A stretch of DNA of 63,727 nt, filler included, from Hyphochytrium catenoides (taxonomy: Eukaryota > Protista > Hyphochytriomycota): NCBI GenBank assembly GCA_900088475.1. It is 10 parts of 10 records of this genome, joined end to end, with 100 filler letters (N's around TTAATTAATTAA, not from the genome) between each part and the next. Parts side by side here need not be neighbours in the genome. Positions count along the whole stretch, not along the records: positions 40,945 to 63,727 come from FLMG01002633.1; 9 more parts are not named here. One strand, 5' to 3'. The notes under the pieces were generated by a model, which was not told the origin of the DNA, did not search any database, and saw only the letters and a list, made by a program, of their open reading frames with translations. Shown piece by piece: positions 48,314 to 60,693 of the stretch. Made by a program: the position numbers and the translations under genes. Positions within the stretch are counted from its first letter, which is position 1; each line of letters starts with the position of its first letter.

Positions 48314-48673
48314 CTCTCTCTCTCTTTTGCTCTCTCTCCCTATTTTCTCGCTCTGTAGTAATGCTCTCTCTCACGCTCTCTCCCCTTGCTGTCGCAGTGG
48401 TGCTGGGGGCGCTGGTGGCTCTTTCTTCTCGGCCTCTCTTATTCCATTCTTATCTCCTATCAACTACTGTTTCCGCCCCGCTCCTCCTCTTCGCGGCGGG
48501 CAAAAGTGGTAAGTGGGGCCAGAGCAGCACCTTTGTTGAAGGACAGCTAAACAAATCTCAACCACACGCAAAGGACAAGAGAGATCATTGTTGTTAGACG
48601 AAAAGAGAGCAGAAGAAGAGGAAGAGACAAGAGAGAGAAAGGAAGAGATACACGGCCCCGGAGAGGAAGTAAG

Positions 48674-50508
48674 ATGCAGAGGCCAAAGGTCCTTCTTTCG
48701 ACTGACAGAGTTGCAGGTAAGTAACGAGCCGAGAGATGTGGAGCGGCCTGTTCCTCTACCTCCTCTTCTCCGGGCTCCTGCTCTTTCCTGTCTCTCTGTC
48801 TCTCTCCCTATCTGTCTGTCTGTCTGTCTGTGTCTCTCTCTCTGTCTCTCTCCCTCTTTGCCTTCCCTCTCTTCCTCACAAAACCATCTTGTTTTCCTCT
48901 TCTGTAGCTCGCCCTTCTAAATGCATTCTCATTTTTCTGTAGAAACGCTCCGATCTTCATAACTCATCTACTGACAAAAACTCTCCCCCTCTCTTCCTTC
49001 GTTTTTACACCTCTCTCTCTCTTTCTCTCTCTCTCTCCCTCTATCTCTCTCTCCCCACCTCTGTCTCTCGGTTCTCTTCTTCCCTGTTGCCCTCTCTCTC
49101 TCTCTCTCTCCTTCCTCAATCTCACAATTAGGAAGGAAAGCTGATCCAGAGCAGTATAATATCTTAGAGTTCGAGTATGCAGTTCACACAGCGCGATCGC
49201 ACCCCGCAGAGAGAGAAAGACCCCCCCGCCTGGGCTCTGTAGATGCTGGAAGAGGGAGAGAGGGCACTGGGAAAGGGCGAGAGAGGGAAAGACTCGAAAC
49301 AAAGAAAGAAGAGGGAAAGAGAGAAAGTGAGTTCCCTCTCCCCCGTTCTTCCCACTTCGCAGCCAGTCGCTCCCATGAGCTTACGGCTCAGTATATGACG
49401 GAGTTCGAGGCAGGATTTGAGGCCCTTCGACTCCAGGCAGGAGGAGAGAAAAGAGAGAAGGAGGGAGAGAGAGAAAGAGAAGAGAATAGGAAAGAAAGAG
49501 TATCATCATCCGCCCATGAAGCAGGTGAGCGTCTTGTGTCTTAATGCCTCTCTTGAAAATGTATTGTCAGCGTGCCTTCCTATTGCCTATCTCCCTACAC
49601 TCGCGATACGCCTCAACTCTGTCCCTCTTTTCTTCGTCTTTCTCTCTCTCTCTTTTTCTTCATTTGTGCCTTCGTGGTTCCTCTTCCATTGTCTTCTTTT
49701 TTTTTGTTTATAATATTCAGTCTCTTGTACTCTCCTCCCTGTCATCGCGTCTGTGGAGCGCTGCTCTCTTTTCCTTTCTCTCTCCTTTTCTCTGTTTCTC
49801 TTTCTCGGTCCCTATCTGTATTATTGCCCTTTCTCCTTCATCCTCACTTCTCTCTCCCTTTCTCTCTTTCCTTGTGCTGTTAGAGAGCGTGAAAGGCCAT
49901 CAGGGAACCTCCTCCAGCAATGGAAAGAGAGAGAAAGTGAGCCGAGGAGACGAGAAGAAGAAGGAGAAGATTTCCACGTCTTCTTCTTCGGTCTCTTCTC
50001 TCCCTTCGCCCGCTTCTCCTGCCCAATGGCTCAAAGGCCCACGGAACCCAGAGGGAACCGTCTTCCAAGCCTCTTCCTCTCCTCTTCTCTGTCTCTCTCT
50101 CTCTCTCTCTCTCTCGCCTCCACTGGCCGTTACCGGTAGCACGGACCACTGTCTGTACGAATATAACCTTAGGGATAAGAAGCCCATACGAACACTGTAT
50201 GACAAAAAGGCTGGTAACGGCGAGTGGGTGACGGCTGTCCGTTACCAGCCCGATGGCCGCGTCCTGAGTGGATCCATGGCCGGGAAATTGTCTCTCTGGG
50301 AGAGAGGAAGAGCCTCCACCTGCAGGGACTTTGTGGGACACACAGGATCCGTCTCTCTCCTCGAGGGCAATCGTGATGGTAAGAGAGACAGAGAGAGAGA
50401 GAGAAGATTGGAGAGGGAATCTGTCCATTAAGGATGAGGGGGATAGGACAAGCGACAGAGAGAGAGAAGGAAGAGGAGAGGCAAAGAGGAAAGAGAGAGA
50501 GAAAAAAA

Positions 50509-50559
<51 letters not shown>

Positions 50560-51591
50560 AGAGAGAAAGTGGAGGAGAGAACAGGTTTAGAAAATGGTCA
50601 CGACAACGGCTTTGGGAAGCCTGGCCCCAGGGAAAGTTAAGACGAAGTAGAGCTTTCTTCTGATGCTATCTGTCAATATCATAGTTTCTTGCTGTTCTCT
50701 TCTTATGGCCTCACGTGTCTCTCTCTGGTCTCTCTCTCTCTATCGTTTTCTCTTTTCCTCCTTTTTCCAGGCACCATGGCCATAAGCGGTAGCTACGACA
50801 AGACAGTTCGCCTGTGGGACATGGAGAAGAAGAGAGAGAAGCTCTGCTTGACTGGAGCGAAAGCCCCAATTCTCTCTCTCTCTCTTTCCTCTGACGAGAA
50901 TTCTCTTCTCTCTGGCGACAGGGACGGAAAGGCTCTTCTCTTTGACGTTAACACTGGGAAACTTCTTAGAAAACACGAAGCGCACAGTGGGCATGTGACC
51001 TGCGTCTCTTCTCTCTCTCTTTCTTCTTCCTCTCTCTTTCTGACTGGAGGTCAAGACGGCGTACTAAGAGTCTGGGATCCAAGAACAGGAGAGAGAGACG
51101 GATGCATTAAGGTTCTCTCCCTTCACAGAAAGGGCGAGAAAGGAGAGAAAGAGGCAGGAGTTGGTGCTCTTTCTCTTCTCTCCACGGAAATAGACCCTCG
51201 GAGCGGGAGAACCGTCATAGTGACAGCAGGGGCGGACAGAGGAATCAATGTGGTGGACGCTCTCTCTCTCTTATCGTCAGAGTCTTTCTCTTCCTCTTCC
51301 CTTCCTCCTCTCTCTTTCAGACTTGACCACCATAGAGACTTCATCTACTCTCTCTTTCTTCTCCCCATCAATGACAATCTTCTCTGCTTCTCAGGAGGAG
51401 GAGACGGAATGCTGCTTGTGCATAACCTCAGTGGAGGGGAGAGAGAGGGAGAGAGCTCAAGAACGAGAGAGAGATTGCTCTACGGCTTAGGCGCAGGAAG
51501 GAATGCAATTAGAGCTATTGCAGGAGGAGGAGATCACCTCGTCGTTGCTGGGGACGATGGGGCGCTTGTAGTCTATGACTTTGGGCTGTAG
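48674..51591 (+). CDS. WD40-repeat protein; exons 48674-48716, 49132-49524, 49884-50378, 50771-51591
   Basis: GHTGSVS, SGSYDKTVRLWD, AHSGHVTCV, TGGQDGVLRVWD, SGGGDG repeats; all three introns are phase-1 GT-AG and join into one open frame. Exons 1-2 are not in the ORF track; the start is tentative. Confidence 0.85.
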
Positions 51592-52231
51592 AGCAAAATG
51601 AAGAGAGAGAGAGAGAGAGAGAGAGAGACGACAAAGAGTGGTCGAGAGAAGCGAAAAGGAGAAGAGAGAGGGAGAGTGGCATAGACAGAGTAATGCCCGT
51701 GCTGGGTAGAATCAGCGTTAAATTAGAGTTGAGAGTGGGAATGGCGAGAGCAAGAGGCGGGGAGAGAGGAAGAGAGAGTGACGCAAAGGCAGAGGGAGAG
51801 AGAGAAGTCGCAGAGGAAAAAGCCATGTCGGACAAGAAAGAGAGAAAGAGAGAGAGAGCTTCGTCTCTTTTGAAGTCTCTTCTCTTTGCACCTCTTCACA
51901 AGAGCCAGGCTATCCTCTTGCTATACATAATGTACTACTATTGTGACGGTCCCTCTTGACAGATCAGAATTCTGGCTGGTTGGGCGTTACACAAAAAGTT
52001 TACGCATCTTCACAGCACGCTTTTCCGTCACTTTTTGGGAGTAGTGTGTTTGAGAACAGCTTGGGTTCGGATAATGAGTTTGCGGTAATCTTATAGTAAA
52101 AGCATGATAGTATTGTGGTTGTGGCTTTTCAATAAAATGTGTGAGTTTGATAAGAAGGCTGAGTTTGGTATCTGAGGGTTGCTGATCAATCCAGGTGCAC
52201 TGTGAAGATCGCAGCGGAAAAGGGGAGCAAC

Positions 52232-52288
<57 letters not shown>

Positions 52289-52444
52289 GGGGGGAAGGGA
52301 GATTAGAGGGAAAAGGACGAAAGGGGCGAAGTCGGGGAGGCATCGATACAAGTGCAAAAGGAGAAGAAAGAAAAGAGAATCACTTCCTCTTGAGCCACTA
52401 GAAGTTCATCTCCGAAGACGGCTATCCCGTCTTTCGAAGCAAAG

Positions 52445-53635
52445 ATGCCGCCAGATAGCGACATCGGAGAAGGAAGAGAGAGACTCGAGAAGCGGTTTTC
52501 TCTCTCGGAGGTTAAGAGGAAGGTGGAAAGAGAGAATAGGAAAGAAGAGGAGGAGGAGAGCAAGAGAAAGAGAGAAGATGATGATGCCGGTAGGCGTCGA
52601 TCTTTGATAGTTCCTGAGTTGTTGACTCATTACCAGCAGGCACAGACGCCATTTGCCCCTTCCTCGTCTCTCTCCCCGTCTCTTCCCCGATTAGGGGTTT
52701 CTTCTCCTTCTCCATCTCTCTCCCGGAGACTCAGCTCTCCCTCTAGACACGTAGCCACCAAGAAGACAGCCCTAACAACAATAGCTAGGCCAGGAGAGAG
52801 AGAAAAAGAAGAAGAGAGACATGAGGCACCAGGAAAATGGAAAGACTTATGGGAAGAGGCGAAGCGTTGGGTCAAGGCCCAGTCTCCTCTTTCTCTCTCT
52901 CTTTTCATCATCCTCTCTCTCTTGGTCGTCATCCCGGGGGCACTCCTCTTTCTTTGTATGACAGGCATGTTGAGTCGGGTTCTCTCCAAGAGAGAAAGAG
53001 ACGCCGTGATTGAAGTCTCTTCCCAGATATTAACAGCGGTGTTTACCTTTGGTGTGGCCTGGGAGCAGAGAGAGAGAGCGAGAAACTCTCTCTCCTGGAC
53101 AAACGTCACTCTGTTCCATAGAAATGCTCTGCAGTTGGACACAGAGTGTTTCTTTTCTCCGTCTCCTTCTTCTGCTCCTTCTTTGGGAAGAGAGAAGAAA
53201 GAAAGAGACACAGCAGCTTTCTCTCTTCTTCTCTCCAAATATCCCTACTGCTATGTACCTCAACCCTCTGCTGGCCTAAGCGAAGAAGCAGGAGCAGCAG
53301 TCGAGGAAGAGGAGAGAGCCATCATCGATCCCGCGTGGTATTTCTCCTCCGTCTCTCTCTCTTCGTCTCTTCTCTTCTCTCTTCGAAGAAAACGCTGGCT
53401 CCTGCTCGGTCTTCTTCTCTCTCTTCAGCTTGTCCATAGCTTTATACAGTACTCTGTCGCGTTCCTTATGTGGCGCTACGGCCCGGCCGCCCGCCCAGGG
53501 ACGCTAACGACAAGTCTGGTGGCCGCGGCTATAATCTTAGGGATTGGGACAGGCATCGGAGAGGGGAGAATGAAGAAGAGAGAGAGACTGTCGTCCACGT
53601 CTCTCTCTTCTCCTTCTTCTCTTTCTCATACTTGA
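52445..53635 (+). CDS. DUF2985-like multi-pass membrane protein, intronless (paralogue A)
   Basis: PGALLFLCMTGML...RDAVIEVSSQILTAVFT and HSFIQY...Y...RP match my recollection of the plant/fungal DUF2985 motifs GAILFLVMTGML...EVNNQILNALFT and NCFAQY...RP. Confidence 0.75.
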   Translation: MPPDSDIGEGRERLEKRFSLSEVKRKVERENRKEEEEESKRKREDDDAGRRRSLIVPELLTHYQQAQTPFAPSSSLSPSLPRLGVSSPSPSLSRRLSSPSRHVATKKTALTTIARPGEREKEEERHEAPGKWKDLWEEAKRWVKAQSPLSLSLFIILSLLVVIPGALLFLCMTGMLSRVLSKRERDAVIEVSSQILTAVFTFGVAWEQRERARNSLSWTNVTLFHRNALQLDTECFFSPSPSSAPSLGREKKERDTAAFSLLLSKYPYCYVPQPSAGLSEEAGAAVEEEERAIIDPAWYFSSVSLSSSLLFSLRRKRWLLLGLLLSLQLVHSFIQYSVAFLMWRYGPAARPGTLTTSLVAAAIILGIGTGIGEGRMKKRERLSSTSLSSPSSLSHT

Positions 53636-54111
53636 CGGCTTCATCTGGAGGAGAAGGTAGAAAGAAGAGAGACTGAGAGTTCTATGAGGAGGGAACGTAT
53701 ATTGACATCCCGTGGGAGAGACAGACAATAAAAGGAAAAAGAGAGAGAGAGAGAGAGAGACTGGAGAAAAAAGTAGGAGAGAGACTAAAAGTCAAGAGAG
53801 AAGAGACTATACCCAGCAAATGGGATGCTCCGTGTTAAATGTCTGAGGGCAAAGAGAAAGAAAGGGAAGAGAGAGAGAGACTATATCAAGAAAGGGAAGA
53901 GAGAGAGAGAGAGACTATATCACCTAAAGGAGAGACAGACTGTGAGAGAGAGAACAAAAAGGGAATGAGATTTTGATACCGAGCACATCGTTATGGGACA
54001 GTAGCTAGCGACTGACCGGCGGAAGAAGGTTAGTAGGAGAGAGAGAGAGAAGAGCGTGAGAGTGAATGAGGAAGAGAGAAAAGAGAGAGAAAAGAGAGAG
54101 AGAGATGTCGT

Positions 54112-54467
54112 TTATTTCTCTTCTACAACCTGCGCTACAATGACAGTGATATCGTCAGGCTTGAGATTGTGCTCTAGCGCTGTCTTTATAATAGAAACAG
54201 CCCCAGCACGGAGCTCACTCTCCTCATAGAATCTTCTCTCTTCTCTCTCTCCCTTTCTCTCTCTCTCTAACCCTTCCAACGTAGCGCCAAGGAGAGACTT
54301 AAGAGGAGGAAGAGCGTAGCGATTCCAGGGGAGACGGCGTGTTCTCTCTCTCTCTCTCCCCGGAGGATTATATGCACTTAGATCGCCATGGAAGTTGTCC
54401 CAGACACCGTCAGTCGCCGTAATAATGAGATCTCCAGCTTCAACCTTGACCACGCCACAGTCAGCCT

Positions 54468-54500
<33 letters not shown>

Positions 54501-54812
54501 GAGACAGAGAGAGAGTCATGAGACAGAGAGAAAGGGATTGAGAGCGACACTGTAGAGCGGACGGAATCCGGTTAAGAGAGAAAAAGCATGATGTTATGAC
54601 AAGAAGAAGAAGAGAGAGTTTGCAGAAAAGCGTCATCTCTTTTCTGCAACCGCCAACATATGTACGCAGAGAGAGAAAGAAGAGAATGAGAGAAAATGAG
54701 AGAGAAACGGGTATAGAGAGAGAACGAGAAATGGGTAAATAGCTTGTAGGAGGAATCGGCGTCAATGTTGTCTGATGCAAGCCCCTTTCCTGTCCGTCAT
54801 CCTTCTTATTCT

Positions 54813-54859
<47 letters not shown>

Positions 54860-55031
54860 CTACTTTTCTTTCTCTCTTTCGTTTACCTCTTCAGGCTGTG
54901 TTTGGATGTTCCCAGGCTGATAATATTTCCGAGGAATCTTCGCGAGTTGGAACGGCGCCGTGTTCGGATAACTCTGAAGGCCAATGGCAAGGAGAAAGAG
55001 ACAAGAGAGAGAGAGAAAGAAAGAGAGAAAG

Positions 55032-55069
<38 letters not shown>

Positions 55070-55328
55070 NNNNNNNNNNNNNNNNNNNNNNNNNNNNNNN
55101 NNNNNNNNNNNNNNNNNNNNNNNNNNNNNNNNGAGAGAGAGAAAGAGAGAGAGAGAGAGAAACAACAGGTAGACCGATAGATGAGGGGAGAGAGGGGAAA
55201 AGGACGACCAGGTGGAAAAGATATTAGTCCGGGAAAGGCCAGGACGTGAGAGAGAACGTAAATTGAATCGCTAGCTGGGACTTCGAGGGGAAAAGGGAAA
55301 AAATGGACAAAAGAGACAGAAGGAGAGG

Positions 55329-55380
<52 letters not shown>

Positions 55381-55642
55381 CACAGAGAGAGACAGTCACA
55401 CTGAGAGAGTGCCTACCTGAAACTTTGACCTGTAGACAATCTTTCCCCTTCGATAGACCACAAACCCTGAATCTCCTACATTGGCATAGTGGAGAAGAGG
55501 AGAGAGAGAGGATGGTTGCTCCTCTTCTTTATGGGTCTCTTTCTTCTCTTCTGGTAGGACATGGAGAAAGCTGTTATCAGCCCAAATGAAGCAGATGGGA
55601 GGTATAGAAGAGACGGGAGAGACAGAGAGAGAGAAAGAAAAT

Positions 55643-55693
<51 letters not shown>

Positions 55694-56739
55694 CAAGAAG
55701 AGAGGCAAAAACCAGGATGCAAAGGTGAAGGGAGAGAAGTGATAGAGAGATACCCAGAGCGAGAACAAAAAAGTGTGAGAGAGAGAGAAAGTGACGGAGA
55801 CAGAAGGGAGCGACTGCAAAAAGAGAGAGGAGAGAAAGAGTGCGAGAGAAGAGAGAAGCTACCTTGGCTGCTCTCTCTCTCTTTGGGTAGGAAGGAGAGG
55901 ATGCAGGCGGTAGTGCTCCCCACGATGACCTCAGGATCGGAGAGAACATTAAGATAAGCAGCGCGAAGGATCTCCAGAGGATGCACATTCTCTCCTCTCT
56001 GATCTGCAAAAAAAGAGGAAGAGAAGAGGAGAAGAGAGAGAGGGAAAGAGAGAGAGAGAAAAGAGAGAGAAGGCGGCGTCTCAGGTGCTTGAGGGGAGAC
56101 CCTCTCATTTTGGGCTATCGCTTCGGTTTCCGTGTCTCTCCTCTCTCAGTCCTGTCCCAGCTCTCTCTCCCTACATTGCATCCTCTGCATGCCTCTCTCT
56201 CTCTCTCTCTCTCACTCTCTCTCTCTCTCTTTCTTACCTCCAATCTCTCTAGCATATCTCATGAGGGCTCGAGAGACAGCGGAAGGGTCGACTCCGACCT
56301 CATTCCATCCTCCCACACCGTCAGCCACTCCCACGCTCAAGACAGAGGGAGAGAGAGAGAGAGAGGGAGAGAGAGAAGGAGAGAGAGAGTCATTCCTATT
56401 GTAAGCTATAAAATAAGAGTCTTCCCCACAAGAGCTCTCTGGCGGGTTGAGAGAGAGAGAAGGCTCCCATCTTCTCCCTTCACTTTTGTCTCTGCACGCC
56501 GCGGCTGCACGGAGAGAGAGTCTCTTTCCTGTTCTCTCTTCAGAGAGCGATGAAGGAGCGTTGGCGAGAGAGAAAGAGCGAGAGAGAGAGACACGAAAGA
56601 GAGATGATGAAGAACTCCCGCGGTGTCTTCTTATTGCAGAGGGAGAGAGAAGGAGAGAAAGAGGTCGCGAGAAAGAGAGAGAACGAGGCGGTCGAGGGAA
56701 GAGCCGTCCTCCAGAGAGAGAGAGACCTGTTCCTACCAT
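54112..56739 (-). CDS. PPTC7: PTC7-type PP2C phosphatase with putative mitochondrial presequence, 5 exons
   Basis: CGEDSYF, GVADGVGGW...GVDPS, GSTTACI, ANVGDSGF, PFQL, GDLIITATDGVWDN, KPDDITVIV. Confidence 0.92.
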
Positions 56740-56755
56740 TGTACAGCAGGGACAG

Positions 56756-56793
<38 letters not shown>

Positions 56794-56959
56794 CTCTCTG
56801 GAGAGTGGAAGGGCTTGTCCTTGATGGAACTAGTTGTCTCCTCTTCCAGATCGTGCTCTCTTTCTCTCTCCTCTCGTCTTCCAACCCTTGCCTCCTTCTC
56901 TTTTGCTACTGCTAGCGCGCTATCTCCTTGAGGTTGTCTTTTCTCGACTTCCCATCCTC

Positions 56960-57042
56960 TCTTTCCCTTTCCCTTTCTCTTTCTCTTTCTCTTTCTCTTT
57001 CTCTTTCTCTTTCTCTTTCTCTTTCTCTTTCTCTTTCTCTTT
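56960..57042. repeat. (TTCTCT)n hexamer tandem repeat
   Basis: Directly visible; runs into an N gap. Confidence 0.85.
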
Positions 57043-57080
57043 NNNNNNNNNNNNNNNNNNNNNNNNNNNNNNNNNNNNNN

Positions 57081-57119
<39 letters not shown>

Positions 57120-57338
57120 TCTATAGATGAAATCTTAGGAGTCAAAAAGATTGTCTCTCAAATTTGTTGGTTTCCAAAGATAGGGGCTTCACGATTTTAC
57201 TGTGGTGTAGCAACCTCTGTTTTATAGATTAGCCTCTGTAAAACCGAAAACAGCGATATTGCCTCCGAAGTCCGAGATTAGTGTCATAAACGTAGAAAGG
57301 AAAAAGTTGGGAGAGAAAGAGAATGAGAGAGAGAGAGG

Positions 57339-57380
<42 letters not shown>

Positions 57381-57813
57381 AGACAGAGAGCGAAAGAGAG
57401 AGAAAGTGAGACAAGAGACAGAGAGGAAACACAGAGAGAGAGAGAGAGAGAGAGAGACAGAAAAGGGAGAAAGACACAGAGGATTATGGCACCCTTTTCT
57501 TCCCAGAAAAATCTTCTTCCGTCGCAGGAGCCGCTCGCTGCTGCAGACTTGTAGACCCCACTAGGGAGACACGACTCCGTCAAAACATCCTTTCTATGTC
57601 TCTTCTCTCTCTCTCTCTCTCTCTTGCTCTCTCTCTCTCTCCTAAGAAAGCTCCGCACCGCTTTAGTCCCTTCTCTTCTGCTAGATCTCTCTTGCTGGGC
57701 ATTCGTCTGTCTCTCTCTCTCTCCTGCTATTCAACGGATCACACGATCTTGAAAGTCTTCTCTTCTCTCTTATCCTGTCTATCCCTCACTTTCAGTTCTC
57801 TCTTTCTCTTTCT

Positions 57814-57856
<43 letters not shown>

Positions 57857-57880
57857 CTTCCTCCCTGATAGTTTGACTCC

Positions 57881-58395
57881 ATGGAAAGCGCAGAAGAGAA
57901 GCCTGAAGAGAGGCCAAGAGGCTCCTCTCATCCTCCCTCCCGCCTTCTTCTCACAGAGAATCTTCTCCTCGATCCAGCTGAGGGAGAGAGAGAAGAAGAG
58001 AAAGAGAGAGAAGAAGAGAGAAGAGAGAGAGAAAGAGAGAGAGAAGACCCTGAGCTTTGGAGCTGCTGCCCCACTGTCTCTGCTCTCTCTGAGAAGCCTT
58101 CTCTCCATGACGAAGCAGGCTCTTCCATCGCTTTCTCCTGCTCTTCCTCGGATGTCAATGAGCAGCTGGTGGCTGCTGCAGGAGAGGGAGAAGAAGAAGA
58201 GGAGAGAGATGAAGAGAGAGAAGAAGAAGAGAGAAAAGAGAGAGAAGCGCTTTCGAGGATGGAGGCAGGCGCTCTCTCCCCGTCTCTCTCTTCTTCTCCC
58301 CCACCGCGCCTTCAGTTGGAGAGAGTGGAGAGCGGAGACAACGACGAGGAAAACCCAATGTTACGAAGATTTTTATGTAAGTCAACTATGTATAG

Positions 58396-58441
<46 letters not shown>

Positions 58442-58597
58442 TTTCTGTGTGTGTGCCTCTCTCTGGTTAGCTATCTCGATCTCTCTTGGCGGCGCGGCTC
58501 TCCCTTCTCTCTTAGCTTTCTGGGCTTCCATCGTTAGGTTGTTTTCTCTCTTCTTTCTTTCCTTTGGGCTTCTTCTTGGTATCAGACTTTCTCTCGC

Positions 58598-58645
<48 letters not shown>

Positions 58646-58801
58646 TCCCCTCCGCTTCAAAGCTCTGTTTCGTCTCTCGAGCCTTCATCTGTTCTGTGTG
58701 GCTCCCGCCTTCCGGTGTGCTGAGGTCACCTCGTCTTTTCCCCTCTCTTTCCGTTCTTCTCTGCTAGCTCTTTTTCTTCTTTTTCTCTCTCCCTCCCCCC
58801 T

Positions 58802-58836
<35 letters not shown>

Positions 58837-59043
58837 CTCCTCTCTCTTCTTTTGTGTGTGTGTGTCACTCTCTCTCTCTCTGTCTGCGTTCGGTGCCCGC
58901 TTCTCCCGCTTTCCTTATCGTCTCTCTTCTTTTTGGCTCTGTCTCTATTTCTTTGACTCTCTGTTCCCTGTCTGTTACTCTCTCTCTCTGACAATTTACT
59001 CCCACTCTCGCCATCAACTTCTCTTCCTTCCTTCCTTCCTTCC

Positions 59044-59106
<63 letters not shown>

Positions 59107-59334
59107 CCCTCTCTCTCTCTGTTTTTTCTCTCTCTCTCTTTCTCTTTCTCTCTCTCTCTCTCTCTCTCAGCTCAGATGACACTGCAGCGCGAGTGGAATG
59201 AGCTGGAGTTGGAGCTGAAAAACAATGAGGAAGCGAGGGCCGACGCCCTCAGATCAGCAGCCAAAATCAGACTCAAGAATCTTTTGAATGATCTTCGGAC
59301 TGATTCCAAAGTGGCAGCCTTCTGGGACCTCTGA
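57881..59334 (+). CDS. Acidic, coiled-coil protein of unknown function; exons 57881-58376, 59171-59334
   Basis: ATG ORF ends at T|GTAAGT; in-phase acceptor CAG|CTCAG gives SQMTLQREWNELELELKNNEEARADALRSAAKIRLKNLLNDLRTDSKVAAFWDL*. Confidence 0.65.
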
Positions 59335-59643
59335 CGCATCGGCGAAGTATGCCTCAGACTCACAAGTCGGAGAGAGAGAGAGAGAGAGAGGGAGAGAGAG
59401 GGAGAGAAAGAGAGAGAGAGGGAGAGAAAGATGAGGGCGAGCTCTGCACAAGAGAGAGAGGGAGAAAGAGAGAGCGATGTGAGGACGAGGAGGCTGGGAG
59501 AGTATTTTTTTCTTAGTGCTCTTTTTAATCTTGTTTCTCTCTCTTCCCTCGGTGTCCCCATGTCTCTCTCTTCCTGGTCGATGGCCCTGTCATCATACTC
59601 ATTTCCAGCGACGCTAACCTCTTTTCTTGTTTTCTTGTCGAGG

Positions 59644-59694
<51 letters not shown>

Positions 59695-59896
59695 TAGTAA
59701 TTTTGTTTTTATCCTTACGGCTCATTCAATCCCTTTTGGGTGCACGGAGAGAGAGGGAGAGAGACCGAGTGATGATGAAGATTTAACGGCCTCATGTGCT
59801 TTTATATATTTATTTTTTATGCAATGTGCTTTAAAGCTCTTCCCTTCTTTCTCGTCTTGACTCCCATTCCTTCTCTCTTACTTCTCTTTTTCTCTC

Positions 59897-59942
<46 letters not shown>

Positions 59943-59958
59943 TGTCTCTCTCTCTCTG

Positions 59959-59998
<40 letters not shown>

Positions 59999-60269
59999 GT
60001 GTCTCTCTTCTCTCGCTTGTGTCTCTTTTCCCCATCGCTAACCCTTTCTACAAGGCCTTACAGCACTCCTAGGTTGTACAATCTTAAGTTCACTGCACAT
60101 GTTTCATCTCTCTCTCTTCTCTCTCTCCCTCTCTCTCTTGCCCTCTCTCCCGCTCTTGCTGTCTCCTATACACCACCATAAGGGCTTACTAACCTAGTCA
60201 TATATCAGCCAGTAGTCAGTGACAAGCAATAGAAAAGAGAGAAGAGAAAAAGAGACCTAGAAGGGATAT

Positions 60270-60336
<67 letters not shown>

Positions 60337-60693
60337 CTTCATTGAGGAAAGAGCTAAACCACGACAGAGCTGGGCGAAGGAGGACAAGAAGAAAGAAGAT
60401 GAACCCATCACTTCTTCAAGAGAGAGAAGAAAGGGCAGAGAGAACCAGGCTGAAAGACCACCAATCTAACTGGCAGAGCAAGGGAGAGACAAGAGATGAA
60501 GCAATTGAAAGGGAGAGAAACGAAAGAGAAGAGAGAGACATCAAAGCAAGAGAAAGCGGGACAACTGAGAGACATGTCAGAGGAAGAGAGAGAGAAAGAG
60601 AGATAACACGCAAAGTATATCCTTCCCTCTCCTTCCAAACATTTCCTATTTATAACAAACTCAACTCTTTGATTTTTTACATTATGTATCTTC

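Noticed and set aside
57881-59334. Clathrin light chain identity for the acidic coiled-coil gene
   Set aside because: Only general architecture is similar; the conserved tryptophan spacing and C-terminal region are not convincing.
59460-59640. Minus-strand RLKRALRKKYSPSLL resembling YRKALKKRYSWSIL in DUF2985 paralogue B
   Set aside because: Short, low-complexity match with no flanking TM motifs; probably chance.
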